From: Phallusia mammillata
Lineage: Eukaryota
Length of the DNA stretch: 64,000 nt
Direction: 5' to 3'
Assembly (NCBI GenBank): GCA_965637545.1
Contig: OZ281501.1
Location: forward strand, 806,001-870,000
Shown here piece by piece: positions 26,001 to 36,642 of this stretch. A program made the position numbers and the translations under genes. Positions within the stretch are counted from its first letter, which is position 1. Each line of letters opens with the position of its first letter. Under the pieces are notes generated by a model that saw nothing but the letters and a program-made list of their open reading frames with translations, was not told the DNA's origin and ran no database searches.

Positions 26001-29000
26001 TCGATGCGGGATTTTAATCTGACTCAAGAAACTTGTCAATTGGCAATCAGGGATGTTGGAGGTTTAGAAGTCCTCATCAATTTGCTGGATACGGATGAAA
26101 ATAAATGCAAGGTGCGCAATACCAAATGACTATTATGTGGCCATGTGTTGTTTGTCTTGCTGTCTAAATAAGTCAAGCATATTACTGATATTTAGGTTTA
26201 GGCATTGTGTATGCTAAAATAATTTTCATGAATGTGAGTGCATCGTGCATAGTAATATATTTCAAAAACCACTTTTTCACTCAGTACAATTTTGAGAAAA
26301 AATGAAAAAGAATTTGGAAATATTTGGTGATTAATAGGTAGGAATATAAAAGCACCAAAATAGTTATTTTGCTGCACCGTGTATGACTTAATCATCTTTA
26401 CATATAAAATGTTATATATCTAACCAACAAAGCATACTTCCAGTACACAGATTCTTATATGCAGCCTGCACTTGCCGAGCTTAACGAACACCATACTTGG
26501 TTTAGATCGGTTCACTGAAAATCCTGAAAGAAATCAGCCGCAACATTCAAATTCGCCGAGCAATCGCTGATCTTGGTGGTCTACAAACCATGGTTAGAAT
26601 ATTGCAATCGCACAACAAGGAACTAAAGTGTTTGGCGGCAGAAACCATTGCTAATGTGGCGAAGTTCAGACGAGCTAGGCGAACTGTGAGACAACATGGT
26701 GGCATCAAAAAACTGGTAACTCAATCTACTTCAGTGTTATTTACCCTGATAAAGGCGACTTGTATAGGACGCCGAAACGTCGGTATAAATAAACGATTGC
26801 CAAAAGGGCTAAAAAGTTAATTTACTTCCGTTAGTTATATAAACTTCGTTAAATCATATATTCTCGATAGGGATATCATTACATACAGAAACGCAATTTA
26901 TTGGTTTCACAGTTAATTTTGTATTGTAAGTATTAGAATGAACATTTTCTTACGCTTTAACAATGCTCTACCCCAAAAGCTGAAAACGTGCCCGGCTTAA
27001 AGGTTATTATATTTCCAAATGAAATGAAATAGATTTAAAATTGGCTTTAACTATCCAAATATAAGCCCTATCCACCAAAACAGCATTGTGTTGTAGTAAC
27101 CTCACAGTGATATTTTTGTACACCAGGTGGCGTTGTTGGATTGTCAGGATACGTCCTCGGATACGTCGAAGGATGTACAAGTGGCGAGGTCTGGCGCGTT
27201 GGCGTTGTGGAGTTGCAGCAAATCAACCAAGAACAAACACGCAATCCGCAAAGCAGGGGCGATTCCTATGCTTGCAAAGCTTCTCAAATGCTCGTATGAG
27301 GAAATGCTTATTCCCGTGGTTGGAACATTGCAAGAATGCGCATCGGAGGTCAGTATTGCGTTGGTGCTGTAGACTAAAAAAATATATGTTATGGCAATGG
27401 TTTGGTCAATGAAGGTATTTTGAAGCATTTTAAGTAATTTCCAAACTTTTTTGGAAAGAAACCTTACACCTGACTTTCATTAATGTTATCAACTTTCTAA
27501 GAAACCTGGTTTATTATATACTTTGTGCCCGGTTAGTCAACTGTCGTGGGTTCGAATCCCACACACCACAGACTTTATTCAGCTTTTAATGTGGAGTTAT
27601 TTTATGAAGCAACACGTATCGTTTTGTTTCAAGTGTATCCAACTAATCCGTTAGTTTGTGGACACTGTAGCGCTACATGTGGTAGGAAATATAACGTCAC
27701 GTGATATTCTCGCAGCCCAACTACCGGCTGTCGATTCGAACTGAGGGAATGATTGAAGACCTTGTGCAGAACCTGGGAAGCAAAAACAGCGAACTTCAAA
27801 TGCATTGCGCCGCAGCTATATTCAAGGTACAGCATAAAAATGACCAAACCTAGTACAAGAAAATTCAGTGTGAAAAACCACTAAATCTGACGCTGTGTTT
27901 TATTTGTTTATCAAAACAAATGCATTTCGCTTTTTTAAGCATCATCAATGTCTTATTCAAATAGAAACCTAACACAGTAAATGTTTTCATGGCATTTGAA
28001 AGGAAACTTAATCAAAAACAACTTTCAGAGAGTTATACCAGACCATAAAAAGTTAAAATGAATCATTCACTATATTCTAAATTTGTTTTTTGGTTGAACT
28101 TTAATCTAATGTTTTCGTTAGTGTGCCGAGGACAAGGAGACAAGAGACCTCGTGCGGCAATATGGTGGTTTGGATCCGCTAGTGGCGCTGTTGCCCCAGT
28201 CGGACAACAAGGAATTGCTGGCTGCCGCTACCGGCGCTATATGGAAATGTGCCATCAGCCCGCAAAACGTCGAAAGGTAACAACCAAAATTGTCCCTCAG
28301 TCGAGTACGTATAAGTGCATTCCTGTGTTTGACGTAGTTTTGAAATTAGTCGCATTCTTTTGATGTCATCACAGTTTAGTTTAAAAAGGTCATTGGGATC
28401 AAAAATGTGAAAAACCATTTGAATCCCTCACAGTATGATAGGCCTGCTGAAGGCGTTATACTGTACCAAAAAATCTAGCCTGAGGTGGGACTCGAACCCA
28501 ACCTATGCCTTGGCTTATGGGAATGCTTGGTTACCGGCTGATCGGTATAACACCTTCAATGGGCCTGGCGTACTGCGATTTATATATGAGTGTGCCGTGA
28601 TCACTGGTCTGCATTGACCAGTGGTTCTCAACCTTCCTTGGACCGTGGCCCCCTAAACGTAACTTTTGGGCCTCGTTTTGGAATTCGGTACTAATTTCAG
28701 TCTTAAGCGGGTCGAGTAGACTACACAAGAAACCTTAATCGTAAAAAACCTCAAAATCGACAAATTGTATGTGAAACAGTCGGTTAAATTAGGAAATAAA
28801 GTTATTTGCAACACACACTTATTTATGTGCTTTAAAAAAGAAAATGGCTTTTAGTGGGTGTTTCTGGTGAACCCCCTGGGGGACCATGGGCCCTGGTTGT
28901 GAACCACTGGCATAGCAGTTATGAATTTATGTTCTTTTTATAATCACATTATGTTCAGATTTCAGCAACTGAAAGCAATAGAGCAGCTTGTTTCATTGTT

Positions 29001-31094
29001 GAACGACCAACCAGAGGAGGTATTAGTAAATGTGGTTGGTGCGCTTGGCGAATGTGCCCAGGAACCTGCAAATCGACTCGTGATCCGTAAAGCTGGCGGA
29101 ATCCCATCCCTGGTACATCTGCTCACTGGAACCAACCAAGCTCTACTTGTTAACGTCACAAAGGCGGTTGGCGCATGCGCAACAGAGCCTGACAACATGG
29201 CGTAAGTAGCAGCCTCTAACGTTACTTTTCTTTTTTTAAACACGCACACAGCGTGACTTTAGGGTGAATGTAAATAAAAAACAATGTCGGTAAATTTCCT
29301 AATACAGCTACAGCCATTAAACAAACATTTTTCTTTAAACCCATTCTATTTGAATGAGGAAGCTAAAGACAGACGAATCTTGTTACTTGCGAACCCAATT
29401 TGCCAATACTTTTCTATGCGATTAGGAAAATTTCACGTATTAAGTCAATTAAACGGATTATGCGCTTAACCGGGCATTATGTCTGTATAAGTACATATCA
29501 TTACATATATCTATGTTTTTTATGAACTGAGATTATATAAGGTCCTAATTCTTTTCACCCTACACAACAGCCTGTATTGCATTGCCTCTGCATCAAAACT
29601 TCTTTTCACCTCAGAATCATCGACAAACTTGACGGTGTGAGGCTTCTGTGGTCGCTACTGAAAAACCAGAACCCAGAAGTTCAAGCCTCAGCAGCTTGGG
29701 CAGTTTGTCCTTGTATTGAGAATGCGAAAGATGCGGGAGAAATGGTCAGATCGTTTGTGGGAGGCCTCGAACTCATTGTGTCTCTCCTTAAGTCCAACGA
29801 TCTTGAGGTTCTTGCGAGCGTGTGTGCAGCAATCGCTAACATCGCGAAAGATGAAGAGAATCTCGCGGTTATAACTGACCACGGTGTGGTGCCGATGCTG
29901 GCCAAGCTTGCTACTACGGTAAGCCTAAATGCTAGATTAAGCGTCAGGGTATAATTGTGCTTAAAATCCGTGTAGTAAACGTTAGTTGAGGTTTGTAAGC
30001 GCAAGAAATGATAGACATAACAATGCGGCAAAGTTTAAACACGAAAGAAAACGATAAATAGGTGATCAAAGTACGCAAGGCGGGACATTAAATGCGTTAC
30101 GCCTGACTTAGTGTAGCGTGATCACTGGTCTGCATAAACGCTTCAGGGCTGATCCCAGTAATGAATTCGTGTTCTACCGATAAGTAGTTGTTTATTTTTT
30201 GTCATCTCATATGTAGCCCAAGTCTGAAACAACTACAACTAGTTCTAGCTAGCGGATGCAATCTTTTCTTTTTCAAAACGAAAACAAATAGGTAAACATA
30301 ACATCCATTTCGTCACAGACCAACGACAAACTTCGGCGCCACCTAGCGGAAGCTATTGCTCGCTGTTGCACTTGGGGGAATAACCGGGTGTCGTTTGGCC
30401 GCGAGGGGGCAGTCGCACCTCTGGTGGGTTACCTCAAGTCGAATGACCCCCAGGTTCATCGCTCCACTGCGCAGGCGCTCTACCAGCTGTCACGTGATCC
30501 GGATAATTGCATCACAATGCACGAGAATGGCGTTGTCAAGGTAACATGAAAATAGCTAAATTTCTAGTTAGAGCTATTAACACCATACCTCGCGGGTGAT
30601 CCACACTTTCACAAGGTGGCGTAAAGAGCTGAATTTCTTATTTAGCGGCTAAAGAGGGGTTGGATTGGGAAGTTTTTAAAAGTTTTACATTAGTAACTAA
30701 GTTCTTTTGCTTTTTCTATTGAATTGTAAATGCTAATACCTTACCCCGACCCTAATAGCTCTAATCATGAGCATTTTGGGAGATATAACGTTTTAAGTGT
30801 GAAAAGTGCTCTTTGCGCCACCTATCGAAAATTAGCTAAATGTGGGTCTCCCGTGGGGTATGGTGTTAGTAGAGTTTCTCATAAAGATAGCAAGATTTCC
30901 AACTTGACTCAAACTAATTTCGAACCCTGTATGTGAGTTCTTCATTTTGAACTTTGCGGTCAATGTGAATTTGTTTCCAGATGTTGTTGAACATGGTCGG
31001 TTCTTCTGACAACGCTCTGCAGGAGGCCGCAGCCGGTTGCATTGGAAACATAAGGCGCCTCGCTCTGGCCAATGAGAAGGCCCGATACACCTAA
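20040..31094 (+). CDS. ARMC4: Armadillo repeat-containing protein 4 / outer dynein arm docking complex subunit 2
   Basis: 19 GT-AG exons join in frame: 20040-20150, 20687-20802, 21120-21277, 21533-21621, 21743-21849, 22096-22202, 22494-22630, 22957-23073, 23466-23607, 23910-24066, 25817-26111, 26506-26715, 27127-27348, 27716-27826, 28122-28276, 28959-29201, 29615-29918, 30319-30540, 30981-31094. Diagnostic peptides include [58 protein letters not shown] repeats and the C-terminal [15 protein letters not shown]. Confidence 0.96.
24360..24547. mobile_element. hAT-type MITE (family A), shorter copy
   Basis: TIR CAGTGCCGGATTAA...TTAATCCGGCACTG with 8-bp TSD GCCATATG; inserted into another repeat. 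Confidence 0.92.
24887..24948 (+). CDS. ARMC4: Putative alternative first coding exon of ARMC4 (short ARM-only isoform)
   Basis: AAAATGG start context, [20 protein letters not shown]+CT, then a perfect GTAAGT donor. The phase-2 end fits exon 25817. None of the nearby acceptors I tested allows in-frame inclusion after exon 10. Confidence 0.55.
25294..25763. mobile_element. Old hAT-type MITE containing a nested family-C MITE
   Basis: CAGAGGTG...CACCCCTG ends with near-duplicate flanks GTCATATAC/GTCATACAC; nested element at about 25332-25484. Confidence 0.7.
26736..26792 (+). ncRNA. Hammerhead motif of the same family, core-mutated (CTGATAA)
   Basis: Shares flanks with 37862-37916; stem II is GGCG/CGCC, compensatory relative to GACG/CGTC. 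Confidence 0.62.
28430..28615. mobile_element. Foldback element with a central tRNA-like (B-box) core; related fragments at about 24195-24615, 30110-30165 and 61197-61310
   Basis: Inverted arms CAGTATGATAGGCCTGCTGAAGGCGTTATAC / GTATAACACCTTCAATGGGCCTGGCGTACTG enclose minus-strand GGGTTCGAGTCCCACCTCAGGCTAGATTTTTT. Confidence 0.65.
28619..28909. mobile_element. hAT-type MITE
   Basis: TIR CAGTGGTTCTCAACC...GGTTGTGAACCACTG; TSD degraded. Confidence 0.75.
30578..30868. mobile_element. MITE in the last ARMC4 intron
   Basis: Terminal inverted TAACACCATACC...GGTATGGTGTTA plus subterminal inverted AGGTGGCGTAAAGAG/CTCTTTGCGCCACCT. Confidence 0.75.
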
Positions 31095-31402
31095 TGACGC
31101 AATTGTGACGTCATCACTTGTACACTCCAGTTTTTCCACCGTGTTTTTATGCATTTTTGTGCGTGTAGAAATTATATTTTCATCGGATGTTTGTGATACA
31201 AATACACGATTGCTTATAGCGCCTCTACGCCTGATAGGTAACCCTGTAACAGCGAACTTGCAATCCACAAAACAACATTCCGTTAAACCTTTGCACGCAG
31301 AAATTTTATGCACCCAGTAATGGAGGTCTACATCTCGTGTATGTGGTTGGTAGGGACGTCATTTTGACCTTTACAGGCAATTTTGCTTGTCAAACCATAC
31401 GT

Positions 31403-31673
31403 CAGTGGTTCTCCACTCGTTTCAGGCCATGTACCACCAGCTCAATTACATGAGTGTCATGGACCAGTCCATTGTTAAGTAAGGGTAGCGAAAGCACTGG
31501 CTTAAAACATATTCCTTCGATACAAAATTCCGAGGAGTGACATCAAACTGACAGCTAACAATAAATAACCTAATCTTTCATACCGAATATTCAATAAACT
31601 ATATGCAACTATTTTGAGTACGTCCTGAAAAAGTAAAAAAAAGTCATCATAGGCCAGCAGTTGAGAACCACTG
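31403..31673. mobile_element. hAT-type MITE downstream of ARMC4
   Basis: TIR CAGTGGTTCTC...GAGAACCACTG with degraded TSD CCATACGT/CCACAAGT. Confidence 0.72.
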
Positions 31674-34600
31674 CCACAAGTAACACATGTTGATGTACAT
31701 CACACTGTCAACGTGAGTTAACCTCGGTTAAGGTCGTTTAACCCAAACTTTGCATGTTAAACCAGCGCAACGGCCGCTCGTATATTCGTTGAAACTAGTC
31801 TTGCTTACCTCGTACTTCTGTTATCTTCCATCAGCTTGCAAACCACTATAGCCGAGGCTACCAATTACGGAAAGTGCGTGCAACGTGAATCACTTTTACG
31901 TCAGACAGCACATTTCGTTGACGTTGCTCACGTGACATGTAATCGTTTTGAAACTGGAGTACCTGTTCCGAAGTTCGCGGGATGTTCTTTAAAGGTTAAT
32001 GTGAATCAAGTACTTTAAACTTCCGATAACAAGATGTTTTAAAGGTGAAACTTTAGGTACAAAAGGAAGTTTTGAAAACGAACCTTTTTTGTGATTCAAT
32101 AAAGTTCACAATAAAGATTTTTGCAAGCCTGTTTCAACTTTAGACAACATCATAGTATAAAGTTCAAAGAAAAGCTAAAAATAGTTTTATTCGCATTTCT
32201 GAAAAATCTGAGCTTGCACGCACAGAAAGACAAACGACTCAGGACGCGGTAAACTTTGTTTGTTGCTGCCATCAAATAATTCTGCCTCTAAGATCGATCA
32301 CTGGTTTATAACATTTGTTTGTCGTTTGTATCAGGGATTAAGCAAGATTTTGCCTGTATTCAATCTGACCATGAAAATTGAAGGTATGCAATGTTCTGCG
32401 GTTGCAAAGTTTGCACACTAATCCCGAATCATACGTTGCTTGAAACTGATTATACGATTTTTTAGTTATATGTTGGTGGAATGCAAATACTCTGGCCTTT
32501 TTTGCGTTATTTATTTCAGAATTATATTCTTGCATACAAAATGTCTTCAACCAACAATGAGGCAAACCAAGGAGTAAACGACGTATATTGCAGTCGCTCA
32601 GTAAAGATAGCATAATAGGACATTTAGAAATTGTAGAAGTAAACCATTGCACCATACATCCAGGAGATTACTTTACATCAAGTTAACCAAACAAAGATTA
32701 CTTTAACCTTTAACCCCTCAATCTCTCGGTTTATGTGTCGCATAAATAGGCCTGGGGCGTTTAAACCGGACGTTTTTCAAACTTGGCAAGAAACGCGAAA
32801 AATGGCCGAAATTTTGGTGAAAAAATATCCCTATTTTTCCCCTGCAATCATCTTTCGAAAATGGATCACAAAATTTAGATACTTTGAAGAAGTCACTAGA
32901 AGAACGCACGTAGTACAATGACACAGTGACCAGAAGGACAATAAATAGAATTCTTGATATTTTCTATCTGTCAAATCGTATTGACGTCATCTAACTTTCA
33001 GAGCGTAATGTTCTCGTCGTGTCATTGTGACGTCAGAGCATACTTTGATGACTGAACGATCGACGTTCGACAATAATGAAGTCACGTGATCGGCTATGCT
33101 GGCCGCGGGACGACTCCGTTGCAAATTCTGCGAAAAAATACCTGGTTTGAAATTCTATTCGAATAAGGCACTGAAGATGTTCCTTATAAGTGAAATATAT
33201 TTGTTCTTATAAAGATAGCTAAGTGAGTTTAACCTGGAAACAAACGTTTCCAAACGTGTGGTTTGAAATTGTTGGTCTACAAATAATATGATTTTCTACA
33301 ACTAAGTATTTTATTATCTTATTCAAAATCGTTTATGCAACATTTAAATAAATGATTCACTGATTTCAGAAATGATTCATTCATAAAAAAATAACGACAA
33401 CCTTTTTTTGTTTTTTTCCCGCAAACTAGATTTTCTCATTTAAACAGTAAAGAAGTTTTGAAACTTGACACAACATTTACCAAAAACGCTTTTCTCACCA
33501 ATTTGCGGTTCTATTGTTCACGTCACAGACACAAAGCGCAGAATTTATATTTAGCAAAAAGATTACGTGCCCAACAGCTGGAATGATGTTACACTGCGGC
33601 CGGTTGTCATGGTAACGCTGATGTTTTTCAACAACAGGTTTCTATATTTGTTACCAAACCCGAGGAAGGCATCAATTTTCGATAAACTATCCCGTGTGTC
33701 GGTTTCCATAGGTTTTAATGTGACCACAAACATGTAATTACTACAGTTCTTCGGTTATAGCGTCTATAGTTCTGTTTGTGGGTCTGTCTTGGGCCCTTCT
33801 CATATATAGTTTTGACATTCCGTAATACTAACAATTGCGCAATTATAATAGTCTGTTTATGTATAATACGTTTGTCTTAATGTTTAAGTTCGACGAAAAG
33901 TCTAATAGCCTATTAAGAAAATTATAATTTCACTAATATGACCGGTTTTGTTCTTTTACTTAAAAACAAAAAACAAATTTCTTTTTAACAAAAAACAAAT
34001 CTATTCTCTTTGAAAATAAAAAACATTCTGCCCGTTTACTACAGTTGGATATGCGTTATCATTTCTAACACCATCACATTGTACTATTGGAAGATATTTT
34101 CATTTTATCGTAACTATTTCATGGCTTGGCGTGAGTTGAAAACTTGGCGAAAGGTCACACACCTTGTGCATTGTAGCAATAATAGTTGCTTTCGCTGCCT
34201 TTGGTACGTGACAACAGAACACCAAGCGCCGTGGGAAGAAAATTTTGGAAGTCACCAGTTTTTGCGCGTGTTTTGCATCACGAACATTTTAATCGTTGCC
34301 CAGCAATCACCACGATTTTGCTGCACATGTTTCTGTGCTTTTCAACGGCTTTAGGTAAACAATAATCTTTGTTAAAAAGTTTTTAGGTATTCGTTTTACT
34401 ACTGCGTAAACTTTGGTGTCTGGTTGGACAAATTTGGCAATTAAAATAATTTAAAAAGAATGGGAATAAAGGCGGATCATTAACCCTTTATGTCATTTAT
34501 TTGTTTAAAAAGCATTAAACATGAGAAATAACTGGCCTAAATAAACTTACAAAACTATACTTGTTTTGCTTTTTAAATGTTTCGGTAAAAGATCATGTCA

Positions 34601-36229
34601 TCAGAAGTCATATAAGTTAAGTTGGTTTTATCACAGTTTTGCATTGGTAGCCAAGCATTCCACACAAATTGTAATGCATCGCAATTTTTTTACGCACGTG
34701 GGTTTTTTCCGCAGGTTCTGCAGACCCGGATTAAAACACGAAAGTTGTCAACAAAATTTTGAAGGTCGCATATTTCCGATATTTATGTCCAGGCGTTTTT
34801 TGAAACGACCACTTTACACGACTAATCGCTACATTTCCGCCCTGCTAAAGGACGGGTTATGCCAATGTACACACTGCGTGGAACTTAAAATTTCCCTTTG
34901 ATGTCTAAACAAAATATAATCTGATTGGCCCGTTTGACGAACTACGTCTATATAGTAAACACACTTAAATATTTTTCAGTTTCTTTTTAATCATTTATCC
35001 AGTTACTATCTATTTGGTATTTGTTTGCTCGCTTTTGTATTGCTACGTTTTATTTATGGGCACCAGTGCTCTGGAACCGATTTGAGACTTAATTATAATT
35101 AAAACTGTATGCCAAGGAGCTTGTACATAACGGTGTGCTAAGATAACTATAAATTGCATTTAGCAATAATGATGACCAGCGATTGTAGGGACGTTTTCGA
35201 TGAAGTCGCAGGCATAATGCGTATGTTACAAACTTAACACCAGAGCTTCTGTTCAAAACATTTATTACTACGCGAGTTGTAGAAATTGAATTGGGACTCA
35301 TCTGAGTTTATACTTGCTGCAAAATGTTAGCCAAAACTATGTGGCATGATTGCACAGTCGGCTATAGTAACTGATACATTTGTCAAAAACAAAGATTATG
35401 TAATATATTGGTCTCAAACACATAAAATCCGCAACTTATGCACTGTGAGCTGCATCCGAAGTTAAAGTGAAAAAAGTGCATTGTTGGTTGCATGACGCAA
35501 TTGGCTTACAGCAGCTATTTTGCGCACGGCGGCATTGCGCAGTTCAATGCCCTTTTACTTCGATAAACTCACGCCCCTTAGGGTACAGGATTTGTCACGT
35601 TCGCTTGCAATTTCCGCCGCTTGCGGTCTAAGTAAAACTGCATGGGAATCATTTGACGCCCAAAAATTATGCCAACTTTCGGCCTGGGGCAAAAAAACTT
35701 TGCAAACGTGTTGGTGAGATATTTAATTGAGCCCAAAATTTTAAGCTCAATTTTATTTTGAGTTGGAAAATTTAAAGAAAAAACACCGAAAGTTTCGGAG
35801 CGTCGCCGCTTTTACACAATGCTATGTCTACGTGCCTTAATATTTACGTATAGTTACCTCAACATGATGGGAATTTCTTGAATAATTCGGTCTCTGAAAA
35901 AGAAAGAAAACAATTCGGTAATTTTGTGACCAAAATCGTGAATTGCGAAATTTAAATAATTTTGCCCAAACCCTGCTCCAAATATAAACTATAAGGCCAA
36001 GATTGTCGTGGTAGGACAAAGCGGTTTTGCCGCAGGTATCAACAATATTGGATTTTATATTCAGACTTCGTTGTAATTCGAAAACCGGGCCCACAAAAAA
36101 TATAACCATGCAATAAAGCAGTGCTATTGACAGAGAGTATGGGCCCCTATTTTATCGCCCCCTCAATAAAGACAGCAACAAGTCATATATGTGTAACTTC
36201 ACTTTCCATAATATTGACCCAGGGTTGCT

Positions 36230-36490
36230 CAGTGCCGGATTAAGGGTCTGCTGGCCTGTAGGCACATTTTATAACTGGCCCGAAAATCAGGGTTGCCAAC
36301 TAAAAAATTACAATTATCAGTGTTGCCAAATCATTTGTTGTTGCAACTATAACACAGGGTACCGTGCAAAAACTTGGTCATATGCAAAATAATTATTTTG
36401 AAAACATGACTAAATATCTGATTTTAAAGTGGCCTGAATTTTTGACTAGTAGGCACGTGCCTACTTTGCCTAATGGTTAATCCAGCACTG
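36230..36490. mobile_element. hAT-type MITE (family A), longer copy, opposite orientation
   Basis: Same TIR (one mismatch) and 8-bp TSD GGGTTGCT; internal sequence shared with 24360-24547. Confidence 0.92.
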
Positions 36491-36642
36491 GGGTTGCTGT
36501 ATAGTACGCTCAGACGTTTTAAGATTCCAGATGTTTTCGTGCGCGAATCTATCTACTACATGAGCTTAGGCTTTATTTCATGGTTGTAGAGTTTTTTACT
36601 TAAAATTTTCTTCATCATAACTTAAGGACAAATCTTTTCCAC

